Assembly (NCBI GenBank): GCA_002686365.1
Contig: NZBZ01000020.1
Location: forward strand, 55,484-119,483
Origin: a bacterium
GTDB lineage: Bacteria; Patescibacteriota; Minisyncoccia; UBA6257; GWB1-50-10
DNA length: 64,000 bases
Direction: 5' to 3'
This document shows positions 29,588 through 38,368 of this stretch, piece after piece; position 1 is the stretch's first letter; each line of letters begins with the position of its first letter. The position numbers and the translations under genes were made by a program. The notes under the pieces were generated by a model, which saw nothing but the letters and a program-made list of their open reading frames with translations, was not told the DNA's origin and did no database searches.

Positions 29588-30436
29588 ATGAAAAAAATTC
29601 ACTATAAACTAAAAAGATTGCATTTATTTGTAAAAGAGCTACGGGAAATGAAGCCCGTTACAGATAAAAAAACCTTTTGGAAATTTATCTGGGCAATTAT
29701 TGTAACAACTCCACAAAACATACAACGGGGAAATGTTAACGCAGCGTTCGATAAAATGATTGGTGAAAAGTGTGTATTTAAGGTTTGCGGCAAAAGTGTC
29801 ATCCTAGACGGAAAATGGCTGGGCTATGCTATGGGATCATATATCAGACCAGATTATTTTTTGCCTCCCCATTTTGTATTAAAGCCGGGAATGACCGTCG
29901 TTGATCTTGGAGCAACAGCAGGAGATTTTGCAATACTGGCAGCGCTTGTATGTGATCGGGTAATCGCAGTCGAAGCCAAGGCAGACTCCGTAGAAGAGAT
30001 GAAAAAGAATGCAGAACTAAATCAATGTTCCGATAAAATTATCGCAATCCATGGTATCGTTGGTCCGAAATCAGGATTTTCTACTGATACTGAAAAAGGA
30101 GGAGAAGGAGAAATATTCAGAAAACATCTTGAAAACAATCCACCTATGCCGCCGCATATTTCTCTAAACGATTTACTTTCTCGATACAACATAGATAAGG
30201 TAGACTTTCTAAAAATGGATATAGAAGGGTCAGAATTTGATCTGTTTTCTCGAGATACAGAATGGCTACCAAAGGTTGATAAAATAGCCGCAGAGGTGCA
30301 CAGTAAATTCGGAGACCTAAATCTATTAGCTGAGCAGTTAAGAAAACACGGATTCGAAGTTTCACTCGTAGTTGATAAGGGGAAAACAACAGTATATGGC
30401 ATAGGCAAGGAGTTGCTATATGCAAGAAGAGTATAA
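29588..30436 (+). CDS. FkbM family methyltransferase
   Basis: VVDLGA, KMDIEGSE, EVH. Confidence 0.88.
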   Translation: MKKIHYKLKRLHLFVKELREMKPVTDKKTFWKFIWAIIVTTPQNIQRGNVNAAFDKMIGEKCVFKVCGKSVILDGKWLGYAMGSYIRPDYFLPPHFVLKPGMTVVDLGATAGDFAILAALVCDRVIAVEAKADSVEEMKKNAELNQCSDKIIAIHGIVGPKSGFSTDTEKGGEGEIFRKHLENNPPMPPHISLNDLLSRYNIDKVDFLKMDIEGSEFDLFSRDTEWLPKVDKIAAEVHSKFGDLNLLAEQLRKHGFEVSLVVDKGKTTVYGIGKELLYARRV

Positions 30437-30438
30437 TC

Positions 30439-31740
30439 ATGGAACTCATTGAACTTCTAACCCAAGGGAAGTATAAAGAATGCCTTTGGGCAAGAGAGAC
30501 GACGAAGGAACAAATAAAAAAGAAGCTCCACTCATGTGGAGCCGTACTTATTCACGGAACAAAAGGAGAACTTACAAAGATTAAAAAAAAGCTAAAGACA
30601 GAAGAAGAAGTTCGTGAGTTCGCGCTGATTGCCGGAACAGAAGAAGCAGTCCGTATTGCAATTCCACTCGGGGCAAAAAGCGTTCAAAAAAGGGGACTTC
30701 AAGAACTAAAGCATTTCAGGGGAAGAGAAAGAAAAAAACGCATCCTCATAAACCTTGCTCTCTTAGGAAGCCTATTAGGGATAGACATTTGGGCGTTTAA
30801 AAAAAGATTTCTTATCATCACAATTCCTGAAATGAGCATTTGGAATGCTACAGCAGGAAAGAAAAATGTAACATCGGCATTTTATAGAACATCGCGAAAA
30901 TTCGTACTTCCGCTTATTGGAGAAGACGGAAACATTCTAGGGTACGCAAAGGCATATCTTCCGGAAAATAGAGAAAGTGGAGAAAACGAAGCAAAAATAC
31001 TCAATCTGATCCGAGAAAAAGATCTCGAAGAATTTTCAGTCCCCAAAGTGCTTCGAGAAACTTCGTGGGGGAGATATATAATTATTACTCTTGGAACAAT
31101 AAACAACATACAGATAAGCAGGACGAGAGAGGAATATCACCTTCACTGGCTGGAAGTACTTATAGAAAAAACAGGGAGAGAGCTTATATTCGAAGAGTCT
31201 CCATACAGCAAAAGGCTGGATCGTGATATACAGGCCATACAGAGCAAGAGAAAAGAAATCAAAAATCTTATATATTTTAAGGAGCGTGCTGTAGAAAAAT
31301 TAAAAGACAAAAGAATGATTTTTAGTCTCAGCATGCGTGAGTTTCCATATTTCCAGATACTCCAAAAGAAAGAAAAAAAATTAGTAATCGACTGGGAACT
31401 AGCGCATTTTGATGCGCCCATTATATTTGATCTCTATAGTCTATTTTTGAGTTCTCCGCCGCACACAAAAGGAGAATATAAGGAGCTCTACAAAAAAAAT
31501 CTACTGAGCATTTTCTTCTCTCCCCAAAAAGCCAACAGAGAGGACATGGATCGCATTGTCAAAAAAATGCACATTGATTTCGAAGATGCATACTGGTTGT
31601 TTTGGTTATTTTTAGTAGACCAATTATTTACTCACCTTTTAACAGGAGCGAAAGAGTCAGAAGATAGGATACTTGAGTTTTTGAGCTTTGCGAGAAAGAA
31701 TGAGAAAGAGCTTCAAAGAACATGGACAGGAAACAAATAA
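30439..31740 (+). CDS. Hypothetical protein with possible degenerate phosphotransferase (APH-like) domain
   Basis: YAK...ENEAKIL...VPKVL...VIDWE...FDL pattern; the HGD loop is not conserved. Confidence 0.5.
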   Translation: MELIELLTQGKYKECLWARETTKEQIKKKLHSCGAVLIHGTKGELTKIKKKLKTEEEVREFALIAGTEEAVRIAIPLGAKSVQKRGLQELKHFRGRERKKRILINLALLGSLLGIDIWAFKKRFLIITIPEMSIWNATAGKKNVTSAFYRTSRKFVLPLIGEDGNILGYAKAYLPENRESGENEAKILNLIREKDLEEFSVPKVLRETSWGRYIIITLGTINNIQISRTREEYHLHWLEVLIEKTGRELIFEESPYSKRLDRDIQAIQSKRKEIKNLIYFKERAVEKLKDKRMIFSLSMREFPYFQILQKKEKKLVIDWELAHFDAPIIFDLYSLFLSSPPHTKGEYKELYKKNLLSIFFSPQKANREDMDRIVKKMHIDFEDAYWLFWLFLVDQLFTHLLTGAKESEDRILEFLSFARKNEKELQRTWTGNK

Positions 31741-31747
31741 TTGTATT

Positions 31748-32503
31748 ATGAAAAAACTGCAATACATAATATTTCGTATAGTAGGCTATAAAATATCGTT
31801 TCTATTTGGAGACCCCGCAGTATGGGATAGATTTCGCTGGCTGAAGAAAAATATTCAAAAAGGAGAGCGTCGAACACTAGATGCCGGATGCGGATCCGGA
31901 TCTTTCAGCTTTCACGCAGGATATGTAGGCAATGAGGTAGTTGGAGTCTCATTTCAGGAAAAAAATAATGAAACTGCAAGAGTAAGGACGCGCATATGGA
32001 ATATTAAAAATATAACGTTCAAACGGGGAGATTTGAGAGAGCTCGATACTATGAGAGATGAGCTGAAAACATTTGATCAGATAATATGTTTTGAAACAAT
32101 AGAGCATATCAGAAACGACCAGAAACTTATCAAAGACTTGGTAAGCCTTTTAAAGTCTAACGGAAGACTGCTTCTTACAGCTCCATACAAGCATTACAAG
32201 CGTCAGCCCGGAGATAATATTTCAGAAACTGAAGATGGAGGGCATATGCGATGGGGGTACACGCATGAAGAGCTCGCTCATATGCTTGAAAGCGCGGGAT
32301 TAGAAGTTGAGAAAAAAGAATATCTCACAGGCCCAGTGTCTCAGGGGCTTGTATATCTAACGCGAATACTAAGCAGAGTTAATCCAAGGATTGGATGGCT
32401 GATTGTATTTCCACTCAGGATATTTCAAATACTTGATAGAGCTGTTATGAAGATAGTAAAATTTCCGCCATTTACTGTGGCAATAATCGGAAAAAAGAAG
32501 TAA
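31748..32503 (+). CDS. Class I SAM-dependent methyltransferase
   Basis: LDAGCGSG, ETIEHI, GHMRWGY. Confidence 0.9.
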   Translation: MKKLQYIIFRIVGYKISFLFGDPAVWDRFRWLKKNIQKGERRTLDAGCGSGSFSFHAGYVGNEVVGVSFQEKNNETARVRTRIWNIKNITFKRGDLRELDTMRDELKTFDQIICFETIEHIRNDQKLIKDLVSLLKSNGRLLLTAPYKHYKRQPGDNISETEDGGHMRWGYTHEELAHMLESAGLEVEKKEYLTGPVSQGLVYLTRILSRVNPRIGWLIVFPLRIFQILDRAVMKIVKFPPFTVAIIGKKK

Positions 32504-32507
32504 ATAT

Positions 32508-33662
32508 ATGCATATAACAATTTCCGTAGGGGGAAGATTTCACGCATTCGACCTTGCCCGCGAAATGGAGCGCCATGGCTGTTTAGAGCGTCTTATTACC
32601 TCCTATCCAAAATTCGAAACAATAAAATATGGAATTCCAAAAGAGAAGATTCAGTCCATACTCATAAAGGAAATAATTCAAAGAGGATGGAAGAAGCTGC
32701 CAGTGTTTGGGAGGGGATACAATCCATATCTGGTTGCAAATCTTTATGACAAGCTTGCATCACGTAAACTTTCAAAGAGCGATATTGTAGTCGCGTGGTC
32801 CTCTATGGCTCTCAATACGCTAAGAAAAGCAAAAAAGATGGGGGCAAAAGGAGTAGTAGAGCGCGGAAGCTCTCACATTGAGCATCAGCAGGACATACTT
32901 GAAGAAGAGTATAAGAAGTATGGAGCAAAAAGAAAGGAGGCAGCCCATCCTAAAATTATTGAGAAGGAATTGCAGGAGTATGAAGAGGCTGACTATATTA
33001 CAGTCCCGACTAGATTCGCAAAACAGACATTTATTGATAAGGGAATCTCTGGAGAAAAGATTTTTGTAAATCCATACGGAGTTGATACATCATTATTCAA
33101 GCAGATACCAAAAGAGGACGATGTCTTCCGGGTTATATTTGCAGGAGGAATGTCTTTGCGCAAAGGAGTGCACTATCTACTGCAGGCATTTGCAGAGCTT
33201 AATTTGCCGAACTCAGAGCTTCTTCTTATAGGAGGCATGAATGACGAGATGAAGCCCTTCTTCAAAAAGTATGAGGGTAAGTACAAGTATATTGGCCACG
33301 TGCCCCAGCATGAGCTGTACAAGCACTACTCACAGGGATCAGTATTTGGAATTCTATCTATAGAAGAGGGTCTGGCCCTTGTTCAGCCTCAGGCAATGGC
33401 CTGTGGACTGCCGCTAATATGCACGCCAAACACTGGCGGAGAAGAGCTTGTCGAGGATGGAAAGGAGGGATTTATAGTCCCAGTACGAGGAATAGACGCT
33501 GTAAAAGAAAAACTAACTTATCTGTATGAGAATCCTGATAAGCAAAAAGAAATGGGAGAGGCAGCAAAAAAGAAAGTTCAGCATGGATTCACATGGAATG
33601 AGTATGGAGATAGAATGGAGCGCTTCTACAAAAAAGTGTTGAAGGGAGAGAGTATAGAGTAG
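32508..33662 (+). CDS. Glycosyltransferase family 4
   Basis: GRFHAF, RKGVHYL, EEGLALVQPQAMACG. Confidence 0.9.
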   Translation: MHITISVGGRFHAFDLAREMERHGCLERLITSYPKFETIKYGIPKEKIQSILIKEIIQRGWKKLPVFGRGYNPYLVANLYDKLASRKLSKSDIVVAWSSMALNTLRKAKKMGAKGVVERGSSHIEHQQDILEEEYKKYGAKRKEAAHPKIIEKELQEYEEADYITVPTRFAKQTFIDKGISGEKIFVNPYGVDTSLFKQIPKEDDVFRVIFAGGMSLRKGVHYLLQAFAELNLPNSELLLIGGMNDEMKPFFKKYEGKYKYIGHVPQHELYKHYSQGSVFGILSIEEGLALVQPQAMACGLPLICTPNTGGEELVEDGKEGFIVPVRGIDAVKEKLTYLYENPDKQKEMGEAAKKKVQHGFTWNEYGDRMERFYKKVLKGESIE

Positions 33663-33671
33663 AATAAAAAT

Positions 33672-34847
33672 ATGAGGATTTTACATCTTACACCAACATA
33701 CATTCCTGCATATAGCCACGGAGGCCCTATTACGAGCGTGCATTATTTGAACAAGTGGCTGGTAAAAAAGGGAGTTGATGTAGTGGTCTATACCACAAAC
33801 ATAAATGGGAAAGAAACGCTTGATGTTCCGCTTGGAAAGGAGGTGGATATTGAAGGCGTAAAGGTTTTTTATTTTCCAAGCTCATTTCCGCGGAGCTGGG
33901 AATACTCAAGGGCTTTATATAAAAATCTCAAAGAGAACATTAAAAACTTTGACCTCATTCATATCACTTCTGTATTTTTGGCTGCGTCAAAATTGGGAAG
34001 TGAGTACGCAGTGCGGGCAAAAAAGCCATTCATCATTTCTCCAAGAGGAAGCCTTATGAAAGATCCGGTTGGCATAAAGAGCCCGATTAAAAAACAACTC
34101 TACCTTTCTCTTGTAGAAAAAAAGAATTTAAAAAACGCAGATGCGATTCACTTTACAGCGAGTCAGGAAGAAGAGGAGTACAAGGAGCAAAATCTTCCGC
34201 TTAAAAAATCAGTCATTATTCCAAATGGGATGGATTTAGAAAATAAAGAAAGGAATCTGCGCCCAAATATGTTTCAAGAAAAGTACAATATCCCAGATGA
34301 TAAAAAAATTATTCTTTTCCTAAGCCGCATTGATTGGAAAAAAGGATTAGATACCTTGATACCGGCATTTAGAGAAGTAACAAAGAAAAGAAATGACGTA
34401 GTGCTTGTTATTGCGGGAAATGATGATGGATATCAGAAAAAGGCTGAGCGCCTGATAAAAAAACATAAGATAAAAGAGCAGGTAATATTTACAGGATTTA
34501 TCAAGGGGGATGAAAAGTACGCAGCGCTAAGAGAGAGTAGTATTTTTGTTCTCCCGTCTTACTCGGAAAACTTCGCCATGTCAGCAGTAGAGGCAATGGC
34601 AGAAGAGCTTCCTGTGATAATTACAAAGGGAGTAGGAATTTGGAATGAGGTAAAGAATGCAGCAGCAGGAAAAGTCATTGAAAAAGACAAGAAAAAACTT
34701 ATAGAAGCAATTACACAGATGCTGGACAATGAGGAAGAGGCAAAAAGCATGGGAAGACGCGGAAAAGACCTTGTAGAAAGCACATTCAATATGGAGGCAA
34801 TCGCAGATAGATGGATAGAGGCGTATAAAGGCCTAATTTGCCCATAA
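33672..34847 (+). CDS. Glycosyltransferase family 4
   Basis: GGP, KKGLD, PSYSENFAMSAVEAMA. Confidence 0.9.
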   Translation: MRILHLTPTYIPAYSHGGPITSVHYLNKWLVKKGVDVVVYTTNINGKETLDVPLGKEVDIEGVKVFYFPSSFPRSWEYSRALYKNLKENIKNFDLIHITSVFLAASKLGSEYAVRAKKPFIISPRGSLMKDPVGIKSPIKKQLYLSLVEKKNLKNADAIHFTASQEEEEYKEQNLPLKKSVIIPNGMDLENKERNLRPNMFQEKYNIPDDKKIILFLSRIDWKKGLDTLIPAFREVTKKRNDVVLVIAGNDDGYQKKAERLIKKHKIKEQVIFTGFIKGDEKYAALRESSIFVLPSYSENFAMSAVEAMAEELPVIITKGVGIWNEVKNAAAGKVIEKDKKKLIEAITQMLDNEEEAKSMGRRGKDLVESTFNMEAIADRWIEAYKGLICP

Positions 34848-34873
34848 GGGGAATATGAGTTACTATGCCAGAG

Positions 34874-35692
34874 ATGAAAAACGAGGAAACGTCAAATACA
34901 GTGTTAACAGTACTCGTTCTCACATATAACGAAGAAAAGAACCTTGGGACCTGCCTTAAAAGTGTGCAGGATGTTGCTGATGAAATCATTATTGTTGACT
35001 CATTCTCAACTGATACAACTGCTGATGTTGCAAAGATGTATCACGCGAAAGTTGTAACCCATGAGTTCGAGAATCAGGCTGATCAGACAAACTGGGCGCT
35101 TGGAAACGTAGAGATGAAAGGAGATTGGATTCTTAGAATAGATGCAGACGAGTATTTAACAAAAGGGCTGGCAGAAGAAATCAAAAAGACTCTCCCAATA
35201 ACAAAAGAAGAAATTACAGGGTATGAGATGAATAGGCGAGTGCATTTCTTGGGCAAGTGGGTTCGTCACGGCGGCTATTATCCTATTGCGCATCTCCGCC
35301 TATGGAGAAGAGGAAAGGTGCATTATGAGGAGCGTGAGGTAGATGAACATGCAAATCTTCTGGAGGGCAGAGCAGGTAAGTTAAGGAATGACTTTGTAGA
35401 TGACAATAAAAATGGAATTGGGGCGTGGATTGAAAAGCACAATGCCTATGCTGAAAGGGAGGCAAGGGAGGCAGTAAAAGAAAAAACAATAAATAAAAAA
35501 CAGAGCTTTTATTACAAGCTTCCTATGTTTTGGAGAGCGCGTTTCTACTACTGGTATAGAATGATTTTTCGCCTAGGCATCCTTGATAAAAAAGAGGGAC
35601 GCTTATTCCACTACTTACAGGCATACTGGTATAGGATGCTTATAGACGCAAAGCTGTACGAAATGAAAAAACAAAGCAAACACGATTCATAA
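34874..35692 (+). CDS. Glycosyltransferase family 2 (KdtX/LgtF-like)
   Basis: LTYNEE, DSFSTD, IDADE. Start 34874 (7 nt after TACTAT) or 34865. Confidence 0.9.
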   Translation: MKNEETSNTVLTVLVLTYNEEKNLGTCLKSVQDVADEIIIVDSFSTDTTADVAKMYHAKVVTHEFENQADQTNWALGNVEMKGDWILRIDADEYLTKGLAEEIKKTLPITKEEITGYEMNRRVHFLGKWVRHGGYYPIAHLRLWRRGKVHYEEREVDEHANLLEGRAGKLRNDFVDDNKNGIGAWIEKHNAYAEREAREAVKEKTINKKQSFYYKLPMFWRARFYYWYRMIFRLGILDKKEGRLFHYLQAYWYRMLIDAKLYEMKKQSKHDS

Positions 35693-35693
35693 T

Positions 35694-36899
35694 ATGAATA
35701 TCTTAGTAGTCACAGACGCATATCCGCCGGAACTTCGCTCTTCAGCAGAGCTTATGAGAGATCTCGCAGTAGAGCTGCGTAAAGACGGGCACAAGGTATG
35801 GGTCATAACATCAGCTCCAAAAGACGCTGTTGCAGGAGGTATTGCCTTGCAAGCGGGAATAAGTGAGGAGGACGGCGTGATTGTGATTCGCGCAGATATT
35901 CCTCAGCATCACAACGTAGGATTTATTAAAAAAGGAATCTCATGGCTTCGCATGCCCCATCACTTTTGGAAAGAGGTAAAAAAAACATGCAGACACATTG
36001 ACGCTGTAATTGTTCACTCTCCTCCCTTGCCCCTTGCAAAAGTTGCGAAATACGCAAAAAAGAAATATGGAGCAAAATATATTCTGAATGTTCAGGACAT
36101 CTTTCCGCAAAATGCCATTGATTTGGGCGTTCTAAAAAACCCGCTTCTCGTCCGATTCTTTGAGAGGATGGAACAGCGCGCCTACAAAGAGTGTGATGTT
36201 ATTGTCACACCCTCATACGAGCATAAAGAATATTTGGCAAAGGAACGGAATGTCAGAGAAGACAAAGTCCATGTCATTCATCACTGGGTGGATCCAAAGC
36301 CGTTCGCAAAAGCAAAAAATACAGGGAAGTTTCGAAAGCAATTCGGATTGGAAGATAAGTTCATATTCTTTTTTGGGGGCGTTGTAGGTCCTTCGCAGGG
36401 TCTGGACATCTTAATCCATATGGGCAAGCGTCTTAAAAAAGATTATCCAAATATAGTCTTTCTTGTGTGCGGGGATGGTTCAGAAAAAGAACGTCTTGAA
36501 AATATAGTAAATCGAAGCAGGATAGAAAATGTGCGTTTTGAAAAATGGGTGTCAAAAGAAGAATATAGAGAGTTAATAAAAGAAGTTGATGTTGGCGTTA
36601 TCTCACTCGTAGGAAAAAATACCACGCCTGCAGTGCCTGCAAAGCTTATGGGCTATATGGCAGCAGGTATTCCAGCAATAGGATTTCTTCATGAAAAAAG
36701 TGAGGCGCGAAAGATTATAGAAGAGGCAAGATGCGGTCTTGGAACGTTATATGATGATGAAGATGCCTGCTTGGATGCTGTTGTCTCTATGTATAAAAGC
36801 AAGAAAAAACTTCACGAATACGGAGAAAATGCATTAGGATATGTGGAGGAAAATCTCACGCCGGAAAAATCAATAGCTAAGTGGGAGCAGGTACTGTAA
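35694..36899 (+). CDS. Glycosyltransferase family 4 (WbuB-like)
   Basis: YPPE, SPPL, QDIFPQNA, PAKL..YMAAG. Confidence 0.88.
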   Translation: MNILVVTDAYPPELRSSAELMRDLAVELRKDGHKVWVITSAPKDAVAGGIALQAGISEEDGVIVIRADIPQHHNVGFIKKGISWLRMPHHFWKEVKKTCRHIDAVIVHSPPLPLAKVAKYAKKKYGAKYILNVQDIFPQNAIDLGVLKNPLLVRFFERMEQRAYKECDVIVTPSYEHKEYLAKERNVREDKVHVIHHWVDPKPFAKAKNTGKFRKQFGLEDKFIFFFGGVVGPSQGLDILIHMGKRLKKDYPNIVFLVCGDGSEKERLENIVNRSRIENVRFEKWVSKEEYRELIKEVDVGVISLVGKNTTPAVPAKLMGYMAAGIPAIGFLHEKSEARKIIEEARCGLGTLYDDEDACLDAVVSMYKSKKKLHEYGENALGYVEENLTPEKSIAKWEQVL

Positions 36900-36902
36900 A
36901 AA

Positions 36903-37069
36903 ATATCAACATCTCGACATCTCGATATCTCAACATCTCGAAATAATAGAAGGAGTCTCGACATCTCGATATCTCAAAATCTCGAAATAATAGAAGGAGT
37001 CTCGATATCTCAATATCTCAAAATCTCGAAATAATAAAAGAAATCTCAACATCTCGATATATCGAAATA
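36903..37069 (+). repeat. 8-mer tandem repeat ATCTC(G/A)AN organised in 44-bp higher-order units
   Basis: Units start at 36912, 36956, 37000 and (shortened) 37044; each is 4x8-mer plus TAATAGAAGGAG or a variant. Confidence 0.92.
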
Positions 37070-37080
37070 ATTAACATTTT

Positions 37081-38199
37081 ATGAAACACATAACATTGGT
37101 ATTTGGAACAAGACCAGAAGCAATAAAACTCGCTCCAGTAATCGAGCGTCTTCGAGCTACTCCTGAAATAAAAACAACTGTCTGCGTATTCCGCCAGCAG
37201 GGAAGCATGCTCAGTCAGACTCTAAAGGCATTAAATATTAAGCCGGACCTTGATTTGAAAATTGAAATAAGCGATCGCACAGTACTCGGAGAACATATTG
37301 GGCTTCTCAAAAAAGGAATCGCAGGAGTCGGATCTGGTTTTGGACTTTTAAAATATCTAAAATTTCTAAAAAAAGAAAAACCAGACCTATTAATAGTTCA
37401 GGGCGACACGTCAACAGCCTATCTTTCTGCGTGGCTTGCATTCCACTTTAAAATAAAAATTGCCCATGTTGAGGCAGGACTACGAACATATGACAAGTAT
37501 GCTCCATTTCCAGAGGAGATGAATCGGCAGCTCTTGGGACGCCTTGCAGATATCCATTTTGCCCCAACTGAAAAAGCAAAAGAAAATCTTCTAAAAGAAG
37601 GAGTTCCAGAAAAAGATGTGCATGTAGTAGGGAACACTGCAATTGACGCGCTTCTTAAAGCTGCTGAAAACATTGAAACTGCAGAATCGCAGGAAAAGAT
37701 GATTCTTGTAACAGCTCACCGCAGGGAAAGTTTTGGTCAGGGGCTAAAAGATATTTGTAAAGCTCTAAAGGAAATTGCAGAAGGCCACAAAGACATCAAA
37801 ATTATCTACCCAGTGCATGCAAACCCCAATGTTTCAAAACCAGTGCAAGAGCTATTAAAAGATGTGCCAAACATAGAACTCACTGATCCAGTAGATTACA
37901 AAGAAATCGTGCGCTTAATGAAGCAGTCATATTTGATTCTCACTGACTCTGGGGGAATTCAGGAAGAAGCCCCGTCTTTAGGCAAGCCGGTTCTTGTAAT
38001 GCGTGAAGAAACAGAGAGGGAGGAGGGAGTGAAAGCTGGCGTAAGCAAACTTGTAGGAACTGATAAAGAAAAGATTATAAGAGAAACTGAAGAGCTCTTA
38101 GAAAACAAAGAGGCGTACGAGCAGATGGCCCGCACTGAAAACCCCTACGGAGACGGTAAGGCGTCAGAGAAAATCGTAGAAGTTCTCTCCAAATCTTAA
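37081..38199 (+). CDS. wecB: UDP-N-acetylglucosamine 2-epimerase (non-hydrolysing)
   Basis: FGTRPEAIK, QGDT, HVEAGLRT, PFPEE.NR, TAHRRE, DSGGIQEEAP, NPYGDG. Confidence 0.95.
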   Translation: MKHITLVFGTRPEAIKLAPVIERLRATPEIKTTVCVFRQQGSMLSQTLKALNIKPDLDLKIEISDRTVLGEHIGLLKKGIAGVGSGFGLLKYLKFLKKEKPDLLIVQGDTSTAYLSAWLAFHFKIKIAHVEAGLRTYDKYAPFPEEMNRQLLGRLADIHFAPTEKAKENLLKEGVPEKDVHVVGNTAIDALLKAAENIETAESQEKMILVTAHRRESFGQGLKDICKALKEIAEGHKDIKIIYPVHANPNVSKPVQELLKDVPNIELTDPVDYKEIVRLMKQSYLILTDSGGIQEEAPSLGKPVLVMREETEREEGVKAGVSKLVGTDKEKIIRETEELLENKEAYEQMARTENPYGDGKASEKIVEVLSKS

Positions 38200-38321
38200 C
38201 ATCTCGATATATTGATATCTCGATATCTCGATATTTCTACATCTCAATATAGGTAAGAAATTCCAATATCTCGATATCTCGAAATAGAAAAAGTAAGCTC
38301 GATATATCGATATCTCGAAAT
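38200..38321 (+). repeat. 8-mer ATCTCGAT-family tandem repeats
   Basis: Several blocks of ATCTCGAT/ATATCGAT immediately after the wecB stop. Confidence 0.9.
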
Positions 38322-38363
38322 ACACAAAACCGCCACACTACAGAGAATGGCGGTTTTGTGTAT
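38320..38363. terminator. Bidirectional terminator hairpin
   Basis: Perfect 16-bp stem ATACACAAAACCGCCA / TGGCGGTTTTGTGTAT between convergent genes. Confidence 0.8.
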
Positions 38364-38368
38364 GTTGA

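Noticed and set aside
36903-37069. CRISPR array
   Set aside because: The linkers between repeat blocks are near-identical 12-mers rather than unique spacers, and no cas genes are present.
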